From positions 21,948,001 through 22,012,000 of the forward strand of contig NC_135667.1 in assembly GCF_964188315.1 (NCBI RefSeq): 64,000 bases of DNA. Reading direction: 5' to 3'. This document shows, one piece after another, positions 14,146 to 28,592 of the stretch. Both the position numbers and the translations under genes were made by a program. Position 1 is the first letter of the stretch, and every line of letters starts with the position of its first letter. The DNA is from Podarcis muralis (lineage: Eukaryota). Under the pieces are notes generated by a model. The model saw nothing but the letters and a program-made list of their open reading frames with translations. It was not told the origin of the DNA and made no database searches.

Positions 14146-15860
14146 CCACACACACACACACACACACACACAGAGTGGCATACATGGTTTCCCCTAGTGC
14201 TATTTTTCTAGAAAAAGAGGTGCCGGAACTCACAATGCATACCTCCCTTGTTCTCTTATAATAGCAATGGTGCCCACCAGAGAGGTGCCAGAACTGAGTT
14301 CCAATGAGTTCCAGCTGGGGGAAAAAGCCTTGGTTTCCCCCCTCTTCATTTAATCCCCACAACAACCATGTGAGGTAAGTTAAAATGAGAGGCAGTGACT
14401 GGCCCAAGGTCACCCAGTGAGCTTCATGGTACGCTAACACTACACCACACTGACTGTATATTGTATCCAATTAAATTCTACTCAGAGTAGATCCACTGAA
14501 ATTAAGGTGCCTTACTTAGTCATCTCCATTACTTTCAATGGGTCTACTCTGTGTAAGACTAGAATGGAATACCATTCTTTGAACGGAACTTAGCTGGATA
14601 CACTCTTATTTTAATTAAGGCAGTCTTTAGTTTAATGTGGTTTATATGAAGTCTATAAATGACAAGTCTACTGAAGGGCAGGATTAAAAATTCTGAATTA
14701 AATCCAGTTTTGCAAACCAGTTTGACTCCAGAACAGTAAATTCAGCATGGTCCCTTGAAATCCTTAGGTCCCAAACCCTTGCTTTTGTTAGCATATTACA
14801 CATTTCTGCCTCCTGGATGAGATGGGGGAAACTTTTCTCAGGCTGAGTGCATTATCCCAGTGAAAAGCTCTTTGGGAATGTATTAAATAGCAAGCAGAGC
14901 CAGACACATGGGCAATCACACATCCTTAATGTATGAACATGTAGACATGCAGTGTCTCTCTCTCTCACACACACATATGGAAACACAAAAGGTTATTTCC
15001 TATAGAAACAGAGGTATATATTTAATTATTATTATTATTCAAGTTTCGGTTTTCATTTTTTTATAGACTAGCTTTTTTAAACAAAGTTTTAAAAAGGAAA
15101 AGATTTCCTTTAAATTCTGACTTTCCTTTAAATTCTGACTGTGCAATAAGAGTACCACAATCCCAGTAGAATGCAAATAATGCAAAGGTACAGTTGAACT
15201 GCAAGCCATCCTCTACATGTATTCAAAGCCTCAACATTCAATATGCAATTGCATTTTGAGAACTGAATGTACGCAATTGCAAAATGCATGTCTGATTCCC
15301 CACCCCACCACTGTATTTGCAAGGAGCACAGCCCGCCTCTCTGCTGAGTCCTCATCATTTCAACCTCCTCTGTTTTGATCTTCTTGCAGCAGAATGCCTT
15401 GCAGAGGAAAGAGCATCAGTTGCACACTTAAAAGGCCTTACATCTGCAGGACAGCTAAGGGGCAGGAGGAGACCCAGAGGACCAGCTGCAATCCAGCTGC
15501 AGAATATATCTGGCCTACACTGTGACAGTTCTAAATCCCTGACCTGTGCTGATAAACCCCAGCTCTGAATGGAGTGGTAGGACTGATAATTGCAATGACA
15601 AAATAATAATAATAATAATAAATGAGAATGAAACCTTACACAAGCTCCTCCAATAATGTTGGTGGGGGTTCTTCAGTGAAGAGAATTATTGAATTGGTTA
15701 TAATGCCAAGGTGAGAAACAACAGCACCAATGATCAAGTCTCCTGCCTGATGATATGTATGAAGGGGAGGGTGAGGAACACGAATACTGCATCTAACCCT
15801 GTGAGCATTGCACACCATGTGAGGAAACAGTACCAGCAGCAAAACAACTAAAACTGACAT
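5294..15860 (-). CDS. V2R vomeronasal type-2 receptor, gene 1, complete: exons 15640-15860, 13701-13992, 10420-11268, 7899-8126, 6664-6790, 5294-6195 (2619 bp incl. stop)
   Basis: Six exons of 221/292/849/228/127/902 bp with canonical GT-AG and compatible phases. Contains the Venus flytrap domain, cysteine-rich CCYDCIPCP and 7[21 protein letters not shown]. Confidence 0.96.
8730..9088 (-). mobile_element. Sauria SINE (tRNA-derived), full length
   Basis: Head GGGACGCGGGTGGCGCTGTGGG, tail (TTTACC)n, 12-bp TSD ATCCCACCTTTA at 8718-8729 and 9089-9100. Confidence 0.9.
10056..10362. mobile_element. hAT-type MITE, GC-rich
   Basis: TIRs CAGGGCTGTCTTA / TAAGAAAGCCCTG and exact 8-bp TSD GCAACAGC (10048-10055, 10363-10370). 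Confidence 0.85.
12040..13430 (+). mobile_element. L1-type LINE 3' portion (ORF2 C-terminus + 3'UTR), interrupted by a MITE
   Basis: Degenerate ORF2 with [18 protein letters not shown], zinc-knuckle region [18 protein letters not shown] and an AATAAA/A-rich tail at ~13410-13430. Confidence 0.8.
12194..12424. mobile_element. Tc1/mariner (Tigger-like) MITE nested in L1
   Basis: TA on both flanks, imperfect TIRs CAATGGACGCTCGGG / CCTGAGGTATGACTG, CpG-rich against the AT-rich host L1. Confidence 0.7.
14118..14172. repeat. (CT)n(CA)n microsatellite
   Basis: Seen directly. Confidence 0.95.
14195..14332. mobile_element. hAT-type MITE nested in an older SINE
   Basis: Termini TAGTGCTATTTTT / AAAAAGCCTTG and 8-bp TSD GTTTCCCC (14187-14194, 14333-14340). 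The host SINE core (ccccacaacaaccatgtgaggtaag...ggcccaaggtcacccagtgag) continues to ~14440. Confidence 0.75.
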
Positions 15861-16119
15861 CCTGGGGATGAGTACAAATGTTGCCACTGGAACAGATCTC
15901 TTATTTCTTCTACAACAATACCATAAGAGACTTATTTGAATGGCACATTCTCCTAAATGGCCTGAACCCTGGGGTATCCAAGATCAGAATAATAGATTCT
16001 TGCCTCTTCCCATTCCCTCTTCATAGCTCTAAATGGTATTGTGCATATGAAAAACATCCTCCACAGTCTATTAGCTTTACTAGTGGCTACTGAAATGTCA
16101 CAGTGGTTTTGAGAAGCAG

Positions 16120-16215
16120 CAAGTTTAATTACAGTTCTTGGGGGAAAGAGGACAGTAATTATTAAGCCAATTCCTCATGGAATTGCTGAAGAAAATTTGT
16201 TTGTCACATATTCTG
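16120..16215 (-). promoter_or_regulatory. Conserved upstream module of gene 1 (putative promoter)
   Basis: TAATT repeats, TTCCTCATGGAA (16171-16182) and TTTGTTTGTCACATATTCT. Confidence 0.4.
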
Positions 16216-16411
16216 CACAGAAGTTTTCCTCATTAGACTGGTCTAAGAAAAGTTGGGTTCTCTTTGTACTGAGTTAGACAGGGCTTAAGGAAAACATTCT
16301 ATAGCTGAATACTGAGAGAAGGGGAGCAGAAGGGAGAGTTTCTGGGGATGAACAATCCCTGTATAGTGCAGGGGAGAATTTCCTCCCTACCTCATGCCAT
16401 AAGTTCCCTGG

Positions 16412-16450
<39 letters not shown>

Positions 16451-17847
16451 ACGACATGGTGATTAAAGTTTAGAGAACATATCTTTAATAAACAAGAAAA
16501 AGAAAAGTAGACAAGATATTTATTAACTTTTTCAGAACAGCAATAGGAAACTCCTGACTTCAAAATGCAGTTTGGTCCTGTGTGACCTCATGGGCAACTG
16601 GCATTAATGTTGCTTTGGAGGTTGAATTGTTTTCTACTGACACCTTAGTTTGCTCATATTCAGTTTCTTAACTGCTCAACCATAGAGACTCACACAATCT
16701 GTGTGACCTTTGGATACTATTGGTCACTTTTCTCTATGAACAGGCTCAACTGCCCCCACTATGTTGTAAATGCACAGGTTCTTATCTCACAGTTTATTCT
16801 TAAATTTATGTTGCAAACATATACTTCTGCACAGCTAAGAAATTTACAAGTATGGGCAAACAACAACCTTCTTGGCCTTAGTATGATAATACTTGCATTA
16901 TTTCTCAGATGACCCATTTTGAATACAGAGACATCATAACTCAACACCAGAGTTCATTGTTACTATGGCCTGACAACCATGGCTCAGCAAGAATGCATGA
17001 ATGTATGGGCTCATGGCCACTTTGCTCCTCTCTTATTATTCTACTGCTGCACTGCAGTGAGCAAAGCAATGATTTGGCTTAGCATGTTGTCCAAGCCTGG
17101 GCTTGTGGTTTAGCTCCAACCATGAGCTGTAACTAAAGATTCTCTTATGCTTTACAGCTTATTACAAGTATGGCCTTCTGAGTGATGACACCCTAGGTGT
17201 GAAACACTCTTCTCTTGTGCTTTAGACTGGCACTGACATTGGCCAGATAAATACACTCCTCCTTTCACCAGACTTTCGAATTAAAAAGCTGGAGTCTAGG
17301 TGACAGAGTATGGTACCTGAAGGATGGTGCATCTTGTTATAGAGATCCAAAAGATTTATACAATCTGAAGAGAACCCAGAGTATAAAGATTATTTCCTCT
17401 ACTTTTTAACTGATATGTTGATTTTTGTTGTTGTTGTTACCCACACTGTGATACATTAATGATGGATGGGATCTAAAGTTTAGTAATAAATAGACAAACC
17501 ACATCCTGTCATCGACTGATCTATGGTGCTAAAGATATATGGTGCTATATGCCCAATGCATGGGACATCAGACTCATTACCCCATCACATGACCCAGGGA
17601 TATTTGCTCTGAGAGTTTCCTCAGCAACTACTATTAGAGAACAATTTAAAAAGAATATTATAGGATTTAAAAAGAGCTGCTTAAAAGGTAAGAACAGTAA
17701 AACATATGACTCAGATACATACTCTCTTACTTTTATTGAAATATGTATATATCCATTGCTGAGAGGGAAACTCTTACAACATTCTGCTGTGCACACACAT
17801 ATCTTCAGAGTTGAAACTATAGCAAATGATGTGTACATTCAAATTTT

Positions 17848-20800
17848 TCAGGCCTTATTTCTTATTAGATGTTCCCTATTGTTCAGTTCAGGCCGCAACA
17901 AAATAATGTAGCATTTGGGGGCAAAGATGCAACTCAGCAAACCAAAGCTGGAGGCTAAAATAGAGAAGATCTCCACAGCGACCATGTATTTTCCCTTGGT
18001 GCTGAGGTAGGTTGGAAAGAAAGATATCCAAACACTGCAAAAGACCAGCATACTGAAAGTGATGAACTTGGCTTCGTTGAAACTGTCAGGTAACTTCCTG
18101 GCAAGGAAAGCTGCAATAAAGCTGATAATAGCCAGGAAGCCCATGTAGCCTAGGACACAGTAAAACATAGTCACGGATCCCTCATTGCATTCTAGTACAA
18201 CTTCTTTAGTCAATGAGTGTGTGTCAACATCTGGGAATGGGGGTGAGAATCCCAGCCACACAGTACAGACAGCTGCTTGAATAAGGGAGCTGGAAGCCAC
18301 AATGGAAGTGGTTGTTCTCTTCCCCACCCACTTCCTCATCTTGGATCCTGGTTTGGTGGCCATAAAGGCCAGAACAACTGTGATAGTTTTTGCCAACACA
18401 CAAGAAACAGCCACTGAGAAGATAATGCCAAAAACAGTTTGTCGGAGGAGACACAACACTTTTTCAGGCTGTCCAATGAATAGCAGTGCAGAAAGGAAGC
18501 AGAGCAGGAGGGAGATGAGGAGAGCATAGGTGAGGTCCCGATTGTTGGCTTTGACAATGGGTGTGTTGTGGTGCCTCATAAATGTTCCCAGAACCAGAGC
18601 TGTAATCAAAGAAAAGGAAAGAGCAAAACAGGCTAAAATGATCCCCAAAGGTTCTCCATAAGTCAAGAAGCTTATATCCTTGGGAATACACACATCCCGA
18701 TTGTTGTTTGGATATTCTTCTTCTAGGCATTTATTACAGTCATTCATGTCTGGGGGAAAAAAGTATGTTGTCTTACTCCAAAAAGCAGGCTGCAATTGTT
18801 CCTTTAGTACGTTTTGTGTTCACCTTGCAGGATAGATTTAGAGTTTACAAAATGAAATATTTCATGGACGATTTAATCAGCATAAAGCTTTGTAGTTCTA
18901 AATCAACATTATCTAAACTTTCTGGGGTGGTTAAAATGAATATACATCTATAGAACTGCCACAGCAGAAACCGAGAAAAAACATCCTATATATTTGTAGC
19001 TTGCCAGCATCAGGGCCAGCTTTGGATTCAGCATGTTGCAGTTTCTGCCTAGTTGTGGCACAATGATCAGACCCAAATCAGACAGAATACTGTCATATAA
19101 TGTCATGGATTTGCTGGATGCAGTGGAGGGGTGGGAGGCACCATCTGGGAAACCCCCAAGGGAAGAAGACTCAGAATCTGGGGACTGGTGGTGGGATGAT
19201 GATGGGAGATCAGAGGGAGAAGAGAGATAAGACTGGAAGGAGGAGGTGTCAGAAGCTAAAGAAGTAACAGGTTTTAGTGAGTAGAAAGAGTCTGTGGCAG
19301 AAAGCAGTCCGGAATCAGAGGCAGGAAAGGAAGGAGGCCAAGAGGCAGAAATTAGGCAGGCTGCTGAAGAAGCCAGGGGGGTCACCTCCTCCTGCTGTGA
19401 CCAGCTCCCCACCCCTCCCCGGTCTCCCGGGATCACAAGGGGTATGAAGGGGACAGACTGGGAAGGACCTGGGACAGGACCTGGGACAGGAAGAGGCTGT
19501 AAATCGAGAAGTGTCCCTGGAAAATAAGGAAACTTGGAGGGTCTGTTCCTTTAAATGCCTGCTTAAAACCTTTTCGTTGCAGTAGGCCTATCCAAAAACA
19601 CTAATTGGTTCTATCTGTTTTTGAATGTGCTTCAAATGCATTGTGTTCTACTATCTTCAGAAATTTTAAACAGTTTTTAAAGATTTAAAAATGTTTTTTT
19701 TTAATTGTATTGTCATTTTTATTGATGGAATCTGTTCTGAATAACCTGAGGCACACACATCAGAGTGTTTCTCCTTCAGCAGTTGTTCCCTCAAAGCCTC
19801 ATCATAACAAAGATATCAATCCCATTTCAAACACTGGAATTTGATATGACCATAATCTTAAAGGCACATCCCTTTGATTTTCAGTCAGAGAAGTTGTATT
19901 TTATAATATAGTTTAGTAGATGCATAATTCTTACCCTCCTGGTCTGAAATCTTCCCTTCAGGACATGGGATACAATCGTAGCAGCAAAATGGTTCCCCCT
20001 CCTTCACTTTCTTTCTAAAACCAGGATGGCATCTCTCAGTACATAAAGAAAGAGGCTGTGACTAATTCATAAATGAGAGAGCAAAACAATATTTGGAACC
20101 ATTATATTTTGGGGGTCATTTCTTCTGTTCATACTTCCTTCCAGTAATATATGTTCAGTGTTATAAGCAAGTGTTACTTTTCTCTATTAACATAATAATT
20201 ACAGTGCTGCATCATGCCTATATATGTATAATTTTTACACTAGCAAAATGGACCAGCCCTCTGAGAGATAGCCAACTAGATTTATCTGCCAGCTGCTTGT
20301 TTAACAGGCCTTCTATTTTAAGAGACCTTCTCTCTTTCCCTGGCCCATCACACCCTTGTCTCATCTGCTCCAAAGCATTGTGGAACAGATTTAGGGAGAG
20401 AGGAGGGAGGGAAAGTTCCTTTGTGAATTTTAAATGACATAGATTATGCTATTTTATATAGCTAAGCCAGTAGAGAAATAATAAAGACAAGTGGAAAACA
20501 ATCAAAGGAGCTTGTGGAACCCCATTTATTTCATCTATCATTTCTTTTCTTTTTTTAAAAGGAAAACACCACAAAAACCAAACCATGAGTATTTTATCCA
20601 GCTTCTTCATTTTTTATTCAATTAAATTTGGATATCAGAACCAGAATTGGATATCTTCTCAAAGGCTGCAGTTGTAGCCTACCTGGTTAAACCAGTAGTA
20701 CCAAGCTATGTCATCTTCATTGATGGTAAACACGTGTTTGGTATCCACCCTCCCAACCTTCACTCTATGAAATGTTTGGTTTGAAGAAACAATCCAGTTA

Positions 20801-23728
20801 ACCACATCAAATCCAGCTACTAACTTTCCATGCTGGTCAAAGGCAACCTTGTCACCATTGCTGTTGTTAAATGAGACACTTCTGAGAAAGTGATGGAGCT
20901 AGAGTGAGGAGGAAAATGCAAGAGTTTAGAAAATGCAATAGGGTGATATTAATTTCTACTGCTGAGTATGGATTTTGAGCGGGAAATTATTCGTAATGTA
21001 CTCTTCTTGAGTACTCACTCTTCAGAGGCAGGGCAAGATGACATTAGATTAATCAGGAAAATAACTGTGACATCATCATCATTAATTTTGACTTTGTTCC
21101 TTTACATGGAAGCCTCACATTGTTTTTACATATAGAAGACAAATATTTTAAAAACAATGTAAAGCCAACATAGCCAATAGCTAGGGATGATGGGACCAGC
21201 AGTCAAACAATGTCCAGAGGGCACCACATTTATTACTCTTGAGCTAGAGCATGGGTGATATAATGACTCAGATAGTGAAAAAGACATCACCCATGAAGAG
21301 AAAGGAGGGACAGAAATTGGGCCATTTATCTTTTCATCTATATAGGTAAAGGTAAAGGGATCCCTGACAGTTAAGTCCAGTCACGAACGACTCTGGGGTT
21401 GCAGCGTTCATCTCCCTTTACAGGCCGAGGGAGCTGGCATTTGTCCGCTCCGCAGACAGTTTATCCGGGTCATGACTAAGCCGTTTCTGGCGCAACAGAA
21501 CACCGACACCAGAGCAGTGCACGGAAATGCCGCTTACCTTCCTGCCAGAGGGGTACGTATTTATCTTCTTGCACTTTGGGGGGGGGGGTGCGCTTTCAAA
21601 CTACTAGGTTGGCAGGAGATGGGACCGAGCAACGGGAGCTCACCCTGTTGCAGGGATCTGAACCACCAACATTTTGATTGGCAAGCCCAAGGCTCCGTTG
21701 TTTAGACCACAGCACCACCTGCGTACCTCACATTAATGACCACAGAAGGATACCCTGCATGAACTAGAAATATTTGAAGAATGTATACTGTTCCTATACT
21801 AAGGTAAATTGAATCAAAGAGGAAGGATGTAAAGGGTGATGCACTGCTACTTTACTACTAGTTGATGGGAGATGAAGAAATATGGAAAAGCAATACATTG
21901 GAAGAGTTGGGGAGGATGTTCTTATAGAGATTAGGGTCTGCTGTGCCTCTATGCCACTTGAAGATGTTGAAGCCATTACCTGTCCAAACTGTTGGTTTTG
22001 ATGTTGCAGTCCTCTTCCTTCCACTGTTCTGTGTTTGAGTCTAGATGAGGACATGCTGTTTAAAGCATGAGCAGCAGCATAGACAGCATTGTAGATGTTG
22101 TAGCTATAGCCTGTCATGCTCATTTCAAAAAATGGTGCCGGAAGGCTCTCCAGGTTCTCCTCACCAGTGCAGATATCTCCCATCACATCTCCCCCATCTG
22201 CATCTGGGAACACGCAACCAAAGGCCTCTTGCCAGAATTGTCTGATGAATCCATCTCCTTTTGCCCTGGAAGGATTTCGTCCCTTAATAAATGTTTTGAA
22301 TCCTGGTAGGTCATTGGAGTGTATGCTGAAGGACAGGACACCATGGAATATTTCTGTTTCCCAGTTCCTTTGATAGACCAATGAAATGAGTTCCATTTCA
22401 GCTGTCATTATCCACACTATACCTTTCGGTAGTCTTGGTGGTTGTACTCCTGAATAATATGGAAACCATCTCAAAATAACCATAGATTCTCCATAAAACA
22501 CAACGACATTGGCCTTGCTGTTCATTACAACTTTGTGTAGTTTCGCCCCATCTTCTAGTATTCTGGTAAGTTCAGAGTCAGAACTTAATGTAGGTACTTT
22601 TTTTATGAAGGCAAAGCACACACCCTTCTGGGAAAACAGTGGCAATGCAGTTTGCAAAAAACTTTCACCACTTTCATCATCCATTGTAAGGACTCCAATC
22701 CATGTCCACCTGAAATGAAGGAGCAAAGAGACAATCCCTGTATATTGTAGGGATTGCTGAGGAACCATCTGGTAGAAGTAAAGACCTCTAATTTCATTGT
22801 ACATCAGTGGAACAGAGCCATATGTGAACTAAAGGGAGATTGAGAGATGAGGGGAGAAATACAATTATGGTAGAATTTATGTGGTACATTGTAGAGTTCA
22901 GAATAGTGTACAGTAAATAGGTTGGAATCCCTTGTTTTCACCTCTGCTAATGGAAGTCACATCTTAGCTACACTGGAAGGGAGTCAATTATGGTCATTTC
23001 TCCCCTGCCTTCACTCTAACTCTACACTTACTTAAATCAGTTCCAGAAAATTGGCTGACATAACCTGAGTAGATATTTGTGAAGTGTGGGGGCAACAGAA
23101 GGCAAGAGGAAATGTCCGAAATACCTCCCTCCCTATTCCACTATTGGATGCCTTCCGTCATTGGAGGAAGAATGCATTGGATTCAACATATACCGTACAT
23201 TACAATAGCAATCTTTACAACATTACAGTAATGTAAGGTAGCTGAATTGTATTATTCCCTTTCTCCAGGTAGGAAGCTATGACTGAAAAAATATAGGCTG
23301 GCAGGTGTGTCCATGGCTGAAGGAAGAATGCACTGAAGACTTACTGGCTTAAAATTTTCATTCTTAAATTGCTACACTACACCAACTTTCTGATAAGTAC
23401 ATTTTCAAAATAAAGTAAGAATGTGTTCTTTATGCTCACATATTTGTGTGCAGTGATGTACATGTGAAATATGTGAAATAATGGGCTGCAAATTTCAAGT
23501 TAGATTCATTTCTAAGCATACTTCTGTCAGTCTACACATAAAACAGACCTTTCTCAAGCTCTTTAGGAACACATGGAACTTACTTATACTAGGACAGACC
23601 ATCAGTCCATTTACCTCAGTGAGGTCTACAATGGCTGCCTACACATCATACCTTTATAGCACCTTTGAAGCACATTTCCCTCCCCTTAGCTCCACCCCAC
23701 CCATGTTAGGGAGCAGTATTGTTCTCTT

Positions 23729-23785
<57 letters not shown>

Positions 23786-25684
23786 TAATATGGATTTGAG
23801 ACTTGTAAACTTTTTAAAATCTGTCTCTTTATTTCCAGTACAAAAATTAATCTCTTTGAATATGGAATTGAAAATGCAGAAGGCTCAATAAACTGTGATT
23901 GTAGGTTAAATTCCCATACCACTCACCCCACACACATACAGAAATACTACCTGAGGAACCTTGTAGTTATTCAAGAGACTTGCCACATTGGTAGAAATCT
24001 GTGCTTCCCGTGACCCAATGACTGCTACTAGATTTTTCTGGTTGTCACATAGGTAGTTAGGAATAAATCTTTCCGGTGCTGATAGCAGTAACATTGTGGC
24101 ATGATAGGTCCTTCTTGCATTATCATAGCTGTCATAGATGTGGAAGCCCACAGTGAGATTGGGTAAGATCTGAGGGTTTTCATTGATCTCCTTTACTGCA
24201 AAGGCCAAGGCTGTGATGTGTTGGTAATATTTAGGCACTACACTAGAACAAGAGTTTAGAATGATAGTCCATACTTTGTTTAATTATTACCACTGTGTTT
24301 TATGCCTCCTAAATTTATTTACTATAGCAGTATTTGTATATTCTGTTTCTGGACGCACCCTTTGCCCTAAGAGACAAGCATTACCAGTATTCAAGTTCAG
24401 AACATGACACACACTGTGCCTTCTGAGCAGAGATTGTTTACTAAACTGAACTACATTGAAAACATACACACTTCTATCTATTTTTTCTATCTATTTATAT
24501 AAAGCATGACAGCTCATAGCTAGCCTGCTTTGGTTCATTTATACTGGACTGAGCAGGCATGCTGGGACCAACTCCATTTGACCCCGACTTTCATTTTGTG
24601 AAACAAATTTAAAGACTAGAGTTCCTGGCTCTGAGTTTCAATAAACAAGTATCAATAAAAATGGGTAATAGATGGTGAAGACCCCTTATCTTGCCCCTAA
24701 GGAACAGACTTCCTCCTATCAGATACAGATGGCACCAAAGTGTAAATTAACCTACAGATTTATAACACATCTAAGTAAGAAGAACAATGCATGTTTATCC
24801 CAAAATTTGGAATTGACATTAAAGGCATCTCGTGGGCAGGATGGTATCCCTAAAGCAATCTTGAGAGAGATTTTCAAACTTCAAACTTTTGAACCTCACA
24901 TTCCTTTAGAAACCTTTCCTTCTAATCTTTAATTTTGCCCACACCATCAAATTCATTTTTGTATACATTCATATGAGATACCAAAGAGCAGTTTTTAGTC
25001 CCTTTGATATGAAACCTGCCCCCACCTTTATCCCTTCCAGACTGAAATGCTTGCATTCAAGGAATGTTGCAGCCCTGGAACCCAGACTATGGGATTCTAT
25101 AGCCTTGTTATATAAAAAGGTTTGGTGAGTTAGCAAAGGAGCTGAAACACTGAAGCCATAAAATTCCCAGTCCTAGCTCTTGACTCTTGAAGAAAAAAAG
25201 GATTTTTTTTATCATTCCCTTGTGCTAAGGGGTAGTTAATCTTCACTCCTCACAACGTTGACCTACAGCTCTCATAATTCCTGACCTTTGGCAATCCTGA
25301 CTGGAGCTGGTGGGAATTGTAGTCTAACAACTACAACGTGGAGGTTACCAGATTGGCTACCCTGCCTTAACTGCATTAACAGTTTTCTCAGGCTGCAACT
25401 CCAGCATTCATTAGCCCAGTAACAAAATAAATAGAAAGAAAAACAAACAATCATAAAAGGCCTTACTAAGATGTTTCCGTCAGTGTTGGCAGGGGTTCTT
25501 TCATGAAGAGGATTTCACTGGCGACAATGCTGGCATGATGGACAATGCCACCAATGATGAGGTCTCCTTTCTGATGGTACATGTGAACCGGAGGCTGTGG
25601 ATAACACATGCTGCACTGAACAATGTGATCTGTACATGCCATGTGAGGAAGCAGGGCTAGCAGCAAGATAACTAAAGTCACCAT
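17848..25684 (-). CDS. V2R vomeronasal type-2 receptor, gene 2, complete: exons 25467-25684, 23951-24242, 21980-22828, 20683-20898, 19935-20061, 17848-18749 (2604 bp)
   Basis: Exons of 218/292/849/216/127/902 bp, GT-AG. The apparent TAG ending the exon-1 ORF is a split codon TA|gt. Confidence 0.96.
19101..19590 (+). mobile_element. LTR-like element (probable Gypsy-type solo LTR) in gene 2 intron 5
   Basis: Begins TGTCATGG and has a purine-rich acidic pseudo-ORF ([14 protein letters not shown]). Composition differs sharply from the flanking intron. The family assignment is from recall, not a search. Confidence 0.55.
21343..21727 (-). mobile_element. Sauria SINE, full length, more diverged
   Basis: GGTAAAGGTAAAGGGA tail, ctctggggttgcagcg core and tRNA-like head remnant; no clear TSD. 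Confidence 0.85.
23731..23785. repeat. (CT)n(GT)n microsatellite
   Basis: Seen directly. Confidence 0.95.
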
Positions 25685-25949
25685 TCTAACTACAAGGACA
25701 AATAATCGTTCTACATAGAAAATCCCCAATGTTTTTCTGCAGGACACTGTGATTAAAACTGCCAGACTTGAATATTTTACATGTTTCCCCCCTGATAGGT
25801 TTGAAGCCTAGAATAGCTAAGATCAAAGTGGTGAAATTTCCCTGTTCTCAGTCTCCCTTCCCACCTCTGAATTGTACTGGGTAGATTTATGACATCCTTC
25901 ACAGTCTTTTCTCTTTGTTTTTCTAGTGGCCATTTACACTCCATATTTG

Positions 25950-26135
25950 AACATCAGAATTAATTACTGTTCTTCTAAACAAAGCAATTGTGAAGGTAAT
26001 TGTTCCAGGTAATTGTTGAGAGTTAAAACTGGGGAGTCCCTGTGGAGCTGTTTGTCAGATACAATGGAGAGAAGTCCTCCCTCCCCCTTCGTTAGACAGG
26101 AAGTGATGGCAGGGCTTGGAATGACTTACAGCTAG
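25950..26135 (-). promoter_or_regulatory. Conserved upstream module of gene 2 (putative promoter)
   Basis: CAGAATTAATT, GTAATTG x2, TCCCTGTGGA (26037-26046) and TGTTTGTCA. Confidence 0.4.
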
Positions 26136-26385
26136 AAAAGGAAACTGCATTGAATGCCTTATGGCAGGGATCACTGACATGATGCCCCTGGGTTCTAGTG
26201 TACCCACCACTGCCTCTGAGGGCAAACGTGAATGGCCTCAGTAAGCTCTCCATCAAGATCCACAATATATGACAGACTGTTGTCTCTCTCCTATTTAGTT
26301 TCTCTTTTCACTAACTCAGCCTCCACAATAGTGAAGCCATTTTGCCATGTCCCCACCTTGAAATCAAGAAGTGAGATGGGAAATG

Positions 26386-26424
<39 letters not shown>

Positions 26425-27365
26425 AGCCCAGTTTGGGAATTTTCAGAAAATTCCATCCTTACTTCCAAGGCTTTTTATCTGAAATCTGGTTTTGTTACAA
26501 ACATTTGTTGATGCCTCTCATCTAGGAACTCCGACATCATTGATCATTATGATCCTTTTAGCCAGACCTATACCGCCTGTGATCTATCAGGTCATAGGCT
26601 ATGGCACTCAGTTATCTTTATTCTGACTTTCTTATGTGTATGTGAGAACATGTCTGCAATTTCCCTCCCTTTAAAAAAATAAAATCAAGTGTTGTTTCTA
26701 GTGAAATAAGCGGTGTCAGTTAAGTTTTCTACTGTTTTCCTTTGGTTGTTTCAAGTGGATGTTTAGCCTATGACAAGTTCTCTTTGGCGAATGCCCTTTA
26801 ACACAATACCTTATTTGCAATGGGCAGATACCCCCAGACCCTTTCTTTTTTAAAATAGTAAATATCTAGACATCTGAGGAAGAAAGTTATGCAGCAAAAT
26901 TTGTAGGTATTATGGGAGCAATCTCTGTGAAATGAGAGTGGCATGGCTACCTAATATTTTTTCCCCTAGTACTGGGGAATTCTCCCTTTTTTATTTGACA
27001 TCATCAGTAAGTCTGTATTTGCATGTATTTGTGTGATATCTACAATAGTCAGGGCTAGAAGGACAAGGATGACTTCCCACACTAAGCATGTGGCGGCCAG
27101 GGGTGGTTGTCTTTATAATTTTGTGGTATTTTGTGAACTTCCACATGGAAGTCATTTTGTGCTATACCATGCTCATTCTACCTACACTTGCAACATTATA
27201 ACAGTAGAAGGCCTCAGTCTGAGAGTCTCAAGAGGTTTTTTTGTTCAAAACACAGACAAAAATAAAACTTTTATCCAAATAAATTATTACAAACAATCTG
27301 CTGTGCAATCATACAATTCGTTTAGTTTTAAGAACTATAGTGAACAATGCAGACACACAAATTCT

Positions 27366-28544
27366 TCAAGCCTTATTTCTTATTAGATGCTCCCTGTTGT
27401 TCAGCTCAGGTCGCAACAAAATAATGTAGCATTTGGGGGCAAAGATGCAACCTAGCAGACCAGCACCAGAGGCTAAGATAGAAAAGATCTCCACAGCAAC
27501 CATGTATTTTCCCTTGGTACTGAGGTAGGTTGGGACAAAAGATACCCAAACACTGCAAAAGACCAGCATGCTGAAAGTGATGAACTTGGCTTCGTTGAAA
27601 CTGTCAGGTAACTTCCGGGCAAGGAAAGCCACAGTGAAGCTGACAAGAGCCAGGAAGCCCATGTAGCCCAGGACACAGTAAAACATAGTCACAGATCCCT
27701 CATTACATTCTAGAACAATTTCATTAGCCATTGAGTGCATGTCAACATCTGGGAATGGGGGTGAGAATCCAAGCCACATAGTACAGACAGCTGCTTGAAT
27801 AAGGGAGCAGGAAGCCACAATGGAAGTGGTCATTCTCTTCCCTACCCACTTCCGCATCCTGGATCCAGGTTTGGTGGCCATAAAAGCGAGAACTACTGTG
27901 ATGGTTTTTGCCAATATGCAAGAAACAGCTACTGAGAAGATGATGCCAAAAGCAATTTGTCGGAGGAGACATCTCACCATCTCTGGCTGTCCAATGAATA
28001 GCAGTGCACAAAGGAAGCAGAAGAGAAGGGCAATGAGGAGAGTGTAGGTGAGGTCCCGATTGTTTGCCTTGATAATAGGTGTGTCATGGTGCTTCATAAA
28101 TGTCCACAGCACCAGAGCTGTCACCAAAGAAAGGGAAAGAGCGAAATAGACTAAACTGACTCCCAAAGGTTCTCCAAAGGACAAGAAGCTTATATCCTTG
28201 GGAATGCACTCATCCTGATTATTATTTGCATATTTTTCTTCTGAGCACATATCACAATCATTCATGTCTGGAAAAGAAAATAAGTGGTTTTAATCTGAAT
28301 ATCATGGTGTAATTGTTCCTTTCAGAAAGGAAATATTTCATATGTAAATTGCAGGGTAGATTCAGTGTGCATTTATTTGCTGGAGCAATCAAATAGTGGT
28401 GTGATTTCAACTCGTTTGTTTCCATTCACACATATGTTAACATGCTAACATTTCCCCACCACTTTCTCCTCCCAGGGCTGCAGACACCACATATATATGC
28501 CAGCACCATCCAAAACCGAATATTAAAATAATAATAATCATCAC

Positions 28545-28592
<48 letters not shown>

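Noticed and set aside
18948-19527. 162-aa Ser/Pro-rich and acidic ORFs
   Set aside because: They arise from the purine-rich LTR-like repeat, are low-complexity and have no splice or homology support.
21727-21740. Same CACATTAATG motif next to Sauria SINEs at ~21729 and ~39573, suggesting a target-site preference
   Set aside because: Only two cases, different introns, no TSDs, and the other two SINEs have unrelated flanks; chance cannot be excluded.
25466-25468. Apparent stop codon (TAG) ending gene 2 exon 1
   Set aside because: The codon is split by the intron (TA|gtaag) and completes as TAT with exon 2, so it is not a pseudogene lesion.
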